Positions 49,621 to 58,348 of a DNA stretch of 64,000 bases are shown here, piece by piece. The notes below the pieces were generated by a model, which saw only the letters and a list, made by a program, of their open reading frames with translations, was not told where the DNA came from and made no database searches. The DNA is from an uncultured Gemmatimonadales bacterium (GTDB lineage: Bacteria > Gemmatimonadota > Gemmatimonadetes > Gemmatimonadales > GWC2-71-9). Positions within the stretch are counted from its first letter, which is position 1, and each line of letters begins with the position of its first letter. The translations under genes were made by a program, and so were the position numbers. Location of the stretch: positions 2,823,685 through 2,887,684 of the forward strand of contig CAVWRM010000001.1 of NCBI GenBank assembly GCA_963757525.1. Reading direction: 5' to 3'.

Positions 49621-50831
49621 CCCTGGCCGCGCTTGGGCTCGTCGGCACGGTCCTGGCGTCCCCCCTGCCCGCCGCCGCGCCGCGCGTCGAGCCCGGGTCG
49701 GAGCTGACGGTCTATCTGATGACGTTCGGACCCGGGCGGGAGGTGTGGGAACGCTTCGGTCACAACGCGATCTGGATTCACGACTCCATCGGCGGCACCG
49801 ACCAGGCCTACAACTACGGACTGTTCGACTTCCGCCAGGAGCACTTCATTCTCCGGTTCGTGCGTGGGCAGATGTGGTACTGGATGGCCGGATTTCCAGC
49901 GCAGAGCTACGTGCGGCAGTACCAGCGGGACAACCGTTCGGTGTGGATTCAGGAGCTTGAGATTCCGCCGGCAGCCCGGGGCGAGCTCCAGCGATTTCTG
50001 CAGTGGAACGAGCGTCCCGAGAACAAGTTTTATCACTACGACTACTACCGTGACAACTGCTCGACCCGGGTGCGCGACGCACTCGATCGGGTGCTCGGCG
50101 GGGCGATCCGCCGCCAGACGGAAGCCGTGCCCTCAGGCACGACGTTCCGGTTTCATACGCAGCGGCTGACCGCGAACGACCCCTTCATCTTCACCGGGCT
50201 TCTGCTGGCCCTCGGCGAGCGGGTGGACCGGCCGATCTCCGCCTGGGAAGAGATGTTTCTCCCGCTTGCCATGCGGCAGCATCTGCGCCGGATTCGTGTC
50301 GCCGGTCCCGGCGGCACCTCGGTTCCGCTCGTCCGATCCGAGCGCACGATCTTCGAGTCCATCGCGCCGGCTCCGGCAGACGCTCCGCCGGACTGGCTCG
50401 CGGCGTATCTGGCCATCGGCGGCATCATCGGGGCTTCCGCGTACTCCGCGGGCTCGCGCGCCCGTGAGAGCCGCTCGGCACGTGCGGCATTTCTGGGCGT
50501 GGCGGGAGGATGGAGTCTTGTCGCCGGACTGGCTGGAGTCATCCTGGCGGGCCTCTGGTGGTTCACCGACCACACCATGGCCGCCTGCAATGAGAATCTG
50601 TTGCAGATGAATCCCGTCTCGCTCGCGCTCCTGCCCCTGTTGCCGGGCGCGATCCGTGGACGGGGGGATCCCCGGTGGAGATCGCGCCTCTCGATCGGGA
50701 TCGCCCTGCTGGCCGCGTCCGGATTCGCGATTCAGGCGCTGCCCTGGTTTCAGCAAGTGAATGGGCCGGTCATCGCACTCGCGCTCCCGGCCCATCTTGG
50801 AATCGCCGCCGCGCTGATCCGCCTGCGCTAG
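49617..50831 (+). CDS. DUF4105 (Lnb N-terminal periplasmic domain) protein with C-terminal TM region
   Basis: GTGA overlap start at 49617. Contains YLMTFGPGREVWERFGHNAIWI...NYGLFDF...YYRDNCSTRVRDALD. Confidence 0.75.
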   Translation: MTLAALGLVGTVLASPLPAAAPRVEPGSELTVYLMTFGPGREVWERFGHNAIWIHDSIGGTDQAYNYGLFDFRQEHFILRFVRGQMWYWMAGFPAQSYVRQYQRDNRSVWIQELEIPPAARGELQRFLQWNERPENKFYHYDYYRDNCSTRVRDALDRVLGGAIRRQTEAVPSGTTFRFHTQRLTANDPFIFTGLLLALGERVDRPISAWEEMFLPLAMRQHLRRIRVAGPGGTSVPLVRSERTIFESIAPAPADAPPDWLAAYLAIGGIIGASAYSAGSRARESRSARAAFLGVAGGWSLVAGLAGVILAGLWWFTDHTMAACNENLLQMNPVSLALLPLLPGAIRGRGDPRWRSRLSIGIALLAASGFAIQALPWFQQVNGPVIALALPAHLGIAAALIRLR

Positions 50832-50867
50832 CCCCAGCGTCTCACCATTCCGCCGTTCCTGCCCTCC

Positions 50868-51746
50868 TCATAGCTCGAACGTCGTCCCCTCGATTGCCGC
50901 TTCCACCTTGAGGCCGGGCGCCGCCTTGCGGGCGTGACGGACCGTATCCGCCAGAAGCGCATCGAGCGCGTCGTCATCGTTTTCGGGCTCGTGATGGAAC
51001 AGGATCAGCGTCCGCACTCCCGCTTCCGCCGCCAGCTCCACGGCTTGGGTGGGGGTCGAATGGCCCCATCCCCTGCGGGCGCCGATGATCTGATCCATGT
51101 ACATGGCATCATGAATCAACGTGTCGGCGCCCTCCAGGAACTTGATCAGCCTGGCCCGCCAGTCGGGTCCGACCGGATAGCTTCCTCCCGGGCCCAGCTC
51201 ATTATCGGTGACATAGGCGAGATCACGATTGCGCCCTGGGGGGGAAATCCGGTACCCGAGGGTCGTGCCGGGATGTCGGAGGCGGATGGCGCTCACGTGA
51301 AAGTCCTCCAGCTCGAGCCGGCCCTCGCCGATCTCGCGTACCTCGATCCGCGCGGCGAAGGCCTCCAGCGGAACCGGGAACACCATCGGGTCCATCTGGC
51401 GCCGGAGAATCTGCTCGAGCGGCAAGCCCCCCTGGGCCGCGCCGTAGACCCGAAACGAATTGCCGGCCTCGCTCAGCGGCTTGAAGAAGGGAAGTCCTTG
51501 AATGTGGTCCCAGTGGGTATGGGTGATGAGAAAATCGGCCTGGAGCGCGCCGTCACGCCGATTCATGAGATCGTGGCCGAGGGGACGGAGGCCGCTGCCG
51601 GCATCGAGGATGAGGAGCCGGCCGTGGGGTGCACCGATGCTGACGCAAGCCGTGTTGCCCCCATATCGCGCCGTGAGCGGCCCGGGGGTGGGGATCGACC
51701 CGCGCGTTCCCCAGAACCGCACGGTGGACGGGCTATCCCAGCTCAC
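50868..51746 (-). CDS. MBL-fold metallo-hydrolase
   Basis: 292 aa with motif THTHWDHIQG. Confidence 0.8.
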   Translation of the reverse strand: MSWDSPSTVRFWGTRGSIPTPGPLTARYGGNTACVSIGAPHGRLLILDAGSGLRPLGHDLMNRRDGALQADFLITHTHWDHIQGLPFFKPLSEAGNSFRVYGAAQGGLPLEQILRRQMDPMVFPVPLEAFAARIEVREIGEGRLELEDFHVSAIRLRHPGTTLGYRISPPGRNRDLAYVTDNELGPGGSYPVGPDWRARLIKFLEGADTLIHDAMYMDQIIGARRGWGHSTPTQAVELAAEAGVRTLILFHHEPENDDDALDALLADTVRHARKAAPGLKVEAAIEGTTFEL

Positions 51747-51766
51747 GTGATTCCCCGCCGCACGGC

Positions 51767-52462
51767 TCAGGCGCGGCGCGCGGCCAGCATGAGGGAGCGA
51801 CGGTCCGTGAGCGTGATGTCCTTCCGCGTCACCTGGATGATGCCGCGATCCACGAGATTCCGCATGGTGCGGGAAACCGTTTCGCGGCTGGACCCGATCA
51901 TCTGGGCGATCGTATGGTGGGTGAGCTTCCGCGTGATGCGGTCGCCGCCCTCGTCTTCGGCCATGCGCAGCAGCAGGTTGGCGACCCGGCCGTTGACGTC
52001 GAGCAGGACCAGGCTCGCGATCTTCTCATCCGCACGGCGGAGGCGGCGGGAGATTTCGCGGAGCAGCGAGATGGCCACTTCGGGATTCGACCGGAGCCGG
52101 TGCTGAAAATCATCGCGCCGGAGCACCAGCAGGCTCGAATCCTCCATGGCGATGACATGCGCGGAGCGGGGCTCTTCGTCGATCACGGCCATCTCACCGA
52201 AGAAGCTGCCCTCGCCCAGCACGGACAGAATGACCTCCCGCCCATCCTCGGCGATGAGGACGACCTTTACCTGTCCGGCCGCCACCAGGTACAGGGCATC
52301 GCCCGCGTCGTCCTCGAACACGATCACACTGCCTTTGGGGTAGCCTCGTTCCCGGGTCAGTTCGGCGAACGCGGCGATATCGGTCTCGGCCAGCCCGGCA
52401 AACAGCGGCACCCGCCGCAGCACATCCATGGGAGAGAGGGGCACTCGAAGGACCTCCAGCAC
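51767..52462 (-). CDS. Crp/Fnr family transcriptional regulator
   Basis: 231 aa. cNMP-binding fold ([11 protein letters not shown]) and a C-terminal HTH ([20 protein letters not shown]). Confidence 0.85.
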   Translation of the reverse strand: MLEVLRVPLSPMDVLRRVPLFAGLAETDIAAFAELTRERGYPKGSVIVFEDDAGDALYLVAAGQVKVVLIAEDGREVILSVLGEGSFFGEMAVIDEEPRSAHVIAMEDSSLLVLRRDDFQHRLRSNPEVAISLLREISRRLRRADEKIASLVLLDVNGRVANLLLRMAEDEGGDRITRKLTHHTIAQMIGSSRETVSRTMRNLVDRGIIQVTRKDITLTDRRSLMLAARRA

Positions 52463-52527
52463 CGGAAGTAGTTGAGATTAGCATACTTGCGACCCATGTC
52501 AGTGTCAATCATCGGCCAGCCGCTCGC

Positions 52528-52557
52528 TTGCACCGACCCGGCCATCTCGTGTATTAT
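52528..52557 (+). promoter_or_regulatory. candidate sigma-70-type promoter for rpmE
   Basis: TTGCAC (52528-52533), an 18-nt spacer, then TATTAT (52552-52557), about 30 nt upstream of the AGGAG RBS. Motif match only. Confidence 0.3.
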
Positions 52558-52587
52558 TCTCGGCTTAGCACAAACCAGGAGCCTTCA

Positions 52588-52812
52588 GTGAAGCCGGACC
52601 TGCATCCACCGTATCGCAAGCTCACCGCGGTGTGCGCCTGCGGAAACCAGTTCGAGACTCGGTCTACCGCCGCCTCCATTCACGTCGAGGTGTGCGCCCA
52701 GTGCCACCCGTTCTTCACCGGCAAGCAGCGCCTGGTGGACACCGCAGGCCGCGTCGACCGGTTCCGCCGGAAGTACCAGACCGAGCCGGCGGCCACAGCG
52801 CCCAAGGCCTAA
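52588..52812 (+). CDS. rpmE: 50S ribosomal protein L31
   Basis: GTG 52588 follows AGGAG. Sequence is [27 protein letters not shown]...CHPFFTGKQ. Confidence 0.9.
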   Translation: MKPDLHPPYRKLTAVCACGNQFETRSTAASIHVEVCAQCHPFFTGKQRLVDTAGRVDRFRRKYQTEPAATAPKA

Positions 52813-52816
52813 GCCC

Positions 52817-53875
52817 GTGGAGCCCCGGCTCCGCCAGGCGCTGGCCCGGGCGGAGGAAGTGAGCCGGGCGCTCTCCGATCCCGAGGTCGCCCGAGACCCC
52901 GCCCAACTCCAATCGCTCGGCCGCGAGCACACCCGGCTCGCCCCCATCGTCCGTCTCGCCGAGCGGCTCGCCAGACTCGAGAACGAGCTCGCCCAGTCCC
53001 GCGAGCTCAGCGACGAGGCCGATGCCGAACTCGCCGCCCTCGCCCGGGCCGATCTGACGCGACTCACCCCGGAAATCGAACAGATTAGCGGACAGCTCCA
53101 GGAACTCCTCGTCCCCCGCGATCCCCATGACGATCGCGACGCGATCATCGAGATTCGCGCGGGGACGGGGGGCGACGAAGCCGCCCTCTTCGCCGCCGAC
53201 CTCTATCGGATGTACCAGCGTTTCTCGGAGCGTCACGGGCTTCGGTGGGAGCCGATTTCCCTGAGCGACGGGACCCTCGGCGGGCTCAAGGAAGCGATCG
53301 CGGCGGTGCGCGGGCCCGAGGCGTACGGACTGTTGCGCCGGGAATCGGGGGTCCACCGGGTCCAGCGCGTCCCCGCCACCGAGACCCAGGGGCGAATCCA
53401 CACGTCGGCGGCCACCGTGGCGGTGCTGCCCGAAGCCGAGGAAGTCGACGTCAAGATCGAGCCGCAGGATCTCAAGATCGACGTCTTCCGGTCGTCCGGT
53501 CCCGGCGGGCAAAGCGTGAACACGACGGACAGCGCGGTCCGGGTGACTCATCTTCCCACCGGACTCGTGGTGAGCCAGCAGGACCAGAAGTCGCAGCTTC
53601 AGAACAAGATCAAGGCGCTCGAGGTGCTGCGGGCCCGGCTGCTCGACCGGATGATCGCCGAGCAGGAGACGGCGCGCGCGCGCGACCGGCGCGCGATGGT
53701 GGGTACCGGCGATCGCTCGGCCAAGATTCGGACCTACAACTTTCCCCAGAGCCGGGTGACCGATCACCGCATCAATCTCTCGGTGCACAATCTGAGCGAC
53801 ATCCTCGACGGCCGGCTCGAGGAGGTGGTCGGCGCGCTGCGCATGGCCAGCCGACAGGAGCAGGATGGGGCCTGA
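52817..53875 (+). CDS. prfA: peptide chain release factor 1
   Basis: 352 aa. PAT tripeptide (RVPATETQGR) and GGQ (SGPGGQSVNTT). Confidence 0.95.
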   Translation: MEPRLRQALARAEEVSRALSDPEVARDPAQLQSLGREHTRLAPIVRLAERLARLENELAQSRELSDEADAELAALARADLTRLTPEIEQISGQLQELLVPRDPHDDRDAIIEIRAGTGGDEAALFAADLYRMYQRFSERHGLRWEPISLSDGTLGGLKEAIAAVRGPEAYGLLRRESGVHRVQRVPATETQGRIHTSAATVAVLPEAEEVDVKIEPQDLKIDVFRSSGPGGQSVNTTDSAVRVTHLPTGLVVSQQDQKSQLQNKIKALEVLRARLLDRMIAEQETARARDRRAMVGTGDRSAKIRTYNFPQSRVTDHRINLSVHNLSDILDGRLEEVVGALRMASRQEQDGA

Positions 53876-54719
53876 GATCACCATGACGGTGCGCCAGCTC
53901 ATTGGCGAGGGCGCCGCGAGGCTCGCCGCGTCCGGTGTCGGTGCCTCACGGAGCGAGGCGGTGAAGATCTGGGCCGGCGCCTCGGGTCGCGGCCCCGAAG
54001 CGGGCGTGATCGACGCCGATCATCATCCCGGGCCCGCGTTCGAGGCATTCCACGACTCCGTGGCCCGGCGGGCCGGCGGTGAGCCGCTGGCCCACGTGAT
54101 CGGCCGCATCGGGTTCCGCCATCTGGACCTGGCGACGGATCGGCGCGCACTCATTCCAAGACCCGAGACCGAGGGGCTGGTGGACCTCGTCCTGAGCGTG
54201 GTGCGAACGGGCCGGATCGCGGATCTCGGCACCGGCACCGGCTGTCTCGCCCTGAGCCTCGCCACCGAGGGGTCGTTTACCGGTATCGTCGCCACCGACA
54301 TCTCGGCGGATGCGCTCTCGCTCGCCCGACATAATCGGGACCGGGTCGGCGCGCCAATCCACCTGATACTCGGTGATTTGTTCGCGCCGCTGCGGCGCGG
54401 CTGGCTCGACGCGCTGGTGTCGAATCCCCCCTATCTTACGGCAGACGAGTACGCGGCCCTCGATGCGTCGGTGCGGGCATGGGAACCGCAGGAGGCGCTC
54501 GAGGGTGGCGCCGACGGTCTCGGGCCCACCACGCGCATCCTCGACGAGGGTCGCGCGGTGCTCCGTGCCGGCGGTTGGGTGGCGCTGGAGATCGACTGCA
54601 ATCGGGCGGCGGAGTGCGCCGGGCGGGCTCGGACGCTCGGGTGGACCGACGTCGCCATCCATGCGGACCTTTTCGGTCGCGAGCGCTACCTGCTCGCGCG
54701 GAGGAGCGACACACCGTGA
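53865..54719 (+). CDS. prmC: release factor glutamine N5-methyltransferase PrmC
   Basis: SAM motif DLGTGTG and catalytic NPPY. Overlaps the prfA end. Alternative start 53883. Confidence 0.85.
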   Translation: MGPEITMTVRQLIGEGAARLAASGVGASRSEAVKIWAGASGRGPEAGVIDADHHPGPAFEAFHDSVARRAGGEPLAHVIGRIGFRHLDLATDRRALIPRPETEGLVDLVLSVVRTGRIADLGTGTGCLALSLATEGSFTGIVATDISADALSLARHNRDRVGAPIHLILGDLFAPLRRGWLDALVSNPPYLTADEYAALDASVRAWEPQEALEGGADGLGPTTRILDEGRAVLRAGGWVALEIDCNRAAECAGRARTLGWTDVAIHADLFGRERYLLARRSDTP

Positions 54720-55069
54720 TCTGGGACAAGGCGCAGGACCTCGGGCGGCTCATCGGCCAGTCGGCGGAGTATCAGGCGCTCCGGCGGGCGGAATCGTCGT
54801 TGCGCGAAGACACCGACACCGTGGCCAAGCTGGATCAGATCCAGACCCTTGCCCGGCAGGTCGATTCGGCGGTCTCCACCGGGAAGATGCCGGACCAGGC
54901 GACGGCGGAGGCCTACGAAACCGCCGTTCGCGACCTGGAGATGAGCGTGGTCGGCCAGGCCTACGTCGTCGCGCGGGCCAACTTCGAGAAGCTGATGGCC
55001 AAGGTGAATCAGCAGATCAGCGAGGGGATGGAGAAGGGGGCGGCCAGCAGCATCATCACACTGGGATGA
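54716..55069 (+). CDS. YlbF/YmcA-like small regulator (UPF0342-like)
   Basis: 117 aa helical protein from GTG 54716 (GTGA overlap). Contains WDKAQDLGRLIGQSAEYQALRRAE. Confidence 0.5.
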   Translation: MIWDKAQDLGRLIGQSAEYQALRRAESSLREDTDTVAKLDQIQTLARQVDSAVSTGKMPDQATAEAYETAVRDLEMSVVGQAYVVARANFEKLMAKVNQQISEGMEKGAASSIITLG

Positions 55070-55707
55070 ACGCCCGCGGCCTCTTCGTCGTCCTCGAGGG
55101 GCCGGAGGGCTCGGGGAAATCCACGTTGGTCGAGCCTCTCGCCGCGCTCATGCGCCGGTCGGGTGACGATCCCGTGGTCGTGCGGGAGCCGGGCAGCACC
55201 AAGGCCGCCGAGATCGCCAGGCAGGTCCTTCTCGATCCCGAGCATCCCGTCGGGCCGCTCGCCGAGTTGTTCCTGTATCTCGCCGCCCGTGCCGACCTGG
55301 TCCAGCGGGTCATCGGCCCGTCGCTGGCCGCGGGCAGGACGGTGCTCTCGGATCGCTTTGCCCTGACCACCGAGGCCTACCAGATGGCCGGACGTGGCAT
55401 CTCACCGGAAGTGGTGTTGCCGGCCAACAGGGCCGCGGCGGCCGGGCTACGGCCCGACCTGACGCTGATCATCGATCTCCCGCCCGAGATCGGCCGGGCT
55501 CGGCAGCAGGCCGCCGGCAAGCGGCCGGACCGGATCGAGCGGGAGGGCGCCGAGTTCCACCGCCGTGTCACCGATTATTACCTGGCGGTCCGTGGGGATG
55601 GGGTGCGACATTTGGATGGACAGTTGCCGCCGGACCGGCTCTTGCAGGCCGCCTGGACGGAGATAGCCCGGATGGCGCCCGAAAGGTTCGGCGCGACAAT
55701 TCATTGA
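55066..55707 (+). CDS. tmk: thymidylate kinase
   Basis: ATGA overlap start. P-loop FVVLEGPEGSGKST and the DRF motif (LSDRFALT). Confidence 0.9.
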   Translation: MNARGLFVVLEGPEGSGKSTLVEPLAALMRRSGDDPVVVREPGSTKAAEIARQVLLDPEHPVGPLAELFLYLAARADLVQRVIGPSLAAGRTVLSDRFALTTEAYQMAGRGISPEVVLPANRAAAAGLRPDLTLIIDLPPEIGRARQQAAGKRPDRIEREGAEFHRRVTDYYLAVRGDGVRHLDGQLPPDRLLQAAWTEIARMAPERFGATIH

Positions 55708-55771
55708 GACGGATGGCAAGGGTCCCGCCGCCCCCTGCGGCGCGGGCCATTCTGCGGGAGTGGAGGTAGTT

Positions 55772-57415
55772 ATGAGGCAGCGGTGGGGTGTCATCGGGGT
55801 GGTGGCGGTCATTTCGTTTCTGAGCGGCGGGTGGCTGCTGCAGCGTGGCGTCGCCAGCGGCGGCAACGTATATCAGCAGGCCCGCCTCTTCGATGATGTG
55901 CTCGGCCATGTGAACGCCTACTATGTGGACTCGATCGGTGAGAGCCAGCTCTACGACCAGGCCGCCCGCGGCATGCTGGAGCAGCTCAAGGACCCCTACT
56001 CGGTCCTCCTCACCGGCGACGACTACAAGGCCCTGACCGAGCAGACCTCGGGCAACTACGCCGGCCTCGGCATCCAGATCGACGTCCGCGACGGCTGGAT
56101 CACGGTCGTCGCGCCCCTTCCCGAGACGCCCGCCGAGCGCGCCGGCGTACAGACGGGCGACCAGATCATCGAGGTGAACGGCAAGTCCACCGAAGGATGG
56201 AAGAACGATCAGGCCGTGAAGGCACTGCGGGGTGAGGCCGGCACCAAGATCGCGATTGCCGTGCGCCGGTCGGGCATCGCCGATCCCATCACCTACAACC
56301 TGACCCGCGCCACGATTCACATCCGGTCGGTGCCGGCCGGCACCCTGTTCGACGCGGGCGTCGGCTACATCTCGCTCAATCCCGTCGCCGAGACCTCGGC
56401 CGACGAGCTGCGCGAGGAAATCACCCGAATGAAGTCCAAGGGGATGAAGTCGCTCATCCTCGACCTGCGATACAATCCGGGCGGCCTGCTCGACCAGGGT
56501 GTCAAGGTGGCCGATCTCTTCCTCGACACTAAGCAGGAGATCGTCGCCACCCGCGGCCGAGCCCGCGGCTCGTCCAAGGAGTTCTTCGACGACGCCCGCC
56601 AGGCGTGGCCCGAGCTGCCCATCGTCGTGCTGGTCAACGACGGCACGGCGAGTGCCGCCGAGATTATCGCCGGCGCGCTGCAGGATCACGACCGTGCGGT
56701 GGTCGTCGGGACGCCGACGTTCGGCAAAGGCCTGGTACAGACGCTCTTCCCTCTGGGCGATGGGGTCGCGCTCAAGCTCACCACCGCCAGGTGGTACACC
56801 CCAAGCGGGCGCACTATCCAGCGTATCGCCAAGAACGAGGAGGATCAGGTGGAGCAGGCGGCCGCCGAGGCCACCGACAGCGCGCCCGATCTCGAGAAGG
56901 AGCATTCGGATTCGGCCATCAAGCAGCGCCCCATCTACCATACCGATGCCGGACGCGTCGTGCGGGGCGGGGGAGGGATCGTCCCCGACCTCGTCATCCG
57001 GCCGGATAGCCTGACCACCGGCGAGCGCGACTTCGCCAAGGCCCTGGGCAGCCACGTGCCCCAGTTCCGGGATGTGCTCACCGGCTACGCGCTCGATGCG
57101 AAGAAGAACGGCTCCTTCAAGGCGGAGGACTTCAAGGTCACGAGCGACATGCGCCAGCAGGTGCTCCAGCGCCTCAAGGCCAGGGGCGTGGATCTCGCGC
57201 CGGCGGTGTACGATTCCGCCTCTCGTCTGATCGACGATCAGCTGGGCTACGAGATCGCCCGCTACGTGTTCGGCCGGCCCGCCGAGTTCCGGCGCAAGGC
57301 CCGCAACGACCAGCAGATGCAGGCGGCGATGGAGTTGCTGCGAAAGGCGCAGAGCCCGAAGGAGCTCATGAGTCTGGCCACCTCGGGGCAGCGCCCCGCG
57401 CCGGCCCAGAACTAA
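55772..57415 (+). CDS. S41 family C-terminal processing peptidase (paralog 2)
   Basis: GGAGG lies 5 nt upstream of ATG 55772. PDZ domain, then VLVNDGTASAAEIIAGALQDHDRAVVVGTPTFGKG. Confidence 0.9.
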   Translation: MRQRWGVIGVVAVISFLSGGWLLQRGVASGGNVYQQARLFDDVLGHVNAYYVDSIGESQLYDQAARGMLEQLKDPYSVLLTGDDYKALTEQTSGNYAGLGIQIDVRDGWITVVAPLPETPAERAGVQTGDQIIEVNGKSTEGWKNDQAVKALRGEAGTKIAIAVRRSGIADPITYNLTRATIHIRSVPAGTLFDAGVGYISLNPVAETSADELREEITRMKSKGMKSLILDLRYNPGGLLDQGVKVADLFLDTKQEIVATRGRARGSSKEFFDDARQAWPELPIVVLVNDGTASAAEIIAGALQDHDRAVVVGTPTFGKGLVQTLFPLGDGVALKLTTARWYTPSGRTIQRIAKNEEDQVEQAAAEATDSAPDLEKEHSDSAIKQRPIYHTDAGRVVRGGGGIVPDLVIRPDSLTTGERDFAKALGSHVPQFRDVLTGYALDAKKNGSFKAEDFKVTSDMRQQVLQRLKARGVDLAPAVYDSASRLIDDQLGYEIARYVFGRPAEFRRKARNDQQMQAAMELLRKAQSPKELMSLATSGQRPAPAQN

Positions 57416-57485
57416 GGCCCGCGATCGAGGCGGGAGAGGAGTCGGCCCGACGCAACGCCGAGTCGCGATAGTCGGCGCCGGGAGA

Positions 57486-58289
57486 ATGGGACAGGGGCTC
57501 GCCATCGCCCTCGGTGGCGCCGGTGTGGAGGTCCTCCTCCTCGCCAGACGGCCGAGGCCGGTCAGCGAGCCTCTCGTGCTGTTTCCCGGAACGTGGGCCG
57601 AGGGGACCGGCGGGGCGCATGTCGTGCTCGTCGCGACGCCGGATGACGCCATTCCCGCCGTCGCCGCCGAGCTGGCCCGCGCCGGTGCGATCGCGGACTC
57701 CCAGGTCGTCCTCCATCTGTCCGGGCTCCTCGACCGCCGGGCGCTGGATCCGCTCGATTCCGCCGGTGCCGGTCTCGGCTCGTTCCACCCGCTGCAGACC
57801 ATCGCCGATCCCCGTACCGCCCCGGCGCGACTCATCGGGGCTTACGCCGGGATCGAGGGTGACTCCCGAGCGATGGCTGACGGGGAGTGGCTGGCGCTGA
57901 TGCTCGGCATGCATCCGATCCGTCTCACGGCCGAGTCCAAGCCCGCCTATCATGCGGGAGCGGTGTTCGCCGCCAACTTTCTCGTGGCTCTGGCTGGGGT
58001 GGCCGAGCGTCTGGCTCGCGAGGCGGGGGTCCCACCTGCCGATGCGTCGCGACTCTACCTTCCCCTGCTGAGGGGCGCGGTGGTCAATCTCGATGCCGGC
58101 GCGGCCCACGCCCTGACCGGCCCCATCGTGCGGGGGGATGTCGAGACCATCCGGGCCCATCTCGCGGCCCTCACCGCCGAAGATCGGGACCTGTACCGGC
58201 GTCTCGGACTCGCCACCCTGCCCCTGGCCCGCGAGGCAGGGCTCTCGATGGAGGCGGCGGCCAGAGTCGGTGACGTTCTGGGCGGCTGA
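57486..58289 (+). CDS. Rossmann-fold/DUF2520 oxidoreductase-like protein (N-terminus unresolved)
   Basis: The first canonical start is ATG 57486. The in-frame upstream codons read RVAIVGAGR, completing a GxGxxG Rossmann motif. The C-terminus is DUF2520-like (LTGPIVRGD). Confidence 0.65.
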   Translation: MGQGLAIALGGAGVEVLLLARRPRPVSEPLVLFPGTWAEGTGGAHVVLVATPDDAIPAVAAELARAGAIADSQVVLHLSGLLDRRALDPLDSAGAGLGSFHPLQTIADPRTAPARLIGAYAGIEGDSRAMADGEWLALMLGMHPIRLTAESKPAYHAGAVFAANFLVALAGVAERLAREAGVPPADASRLYLPLLRGAVVNLDAGAAHALTGPIVRGDVETIRAHLAALTAEDRDLYRRLGLATLPLAREAGLSMEAAARVGDVLGG

Positions 58290-58348
58290 ACGCCGAAACT
58301 TTTCGAGCTTCCATTCCCTAGGGTAAGGGACCCGAACGAGGTATCCCC

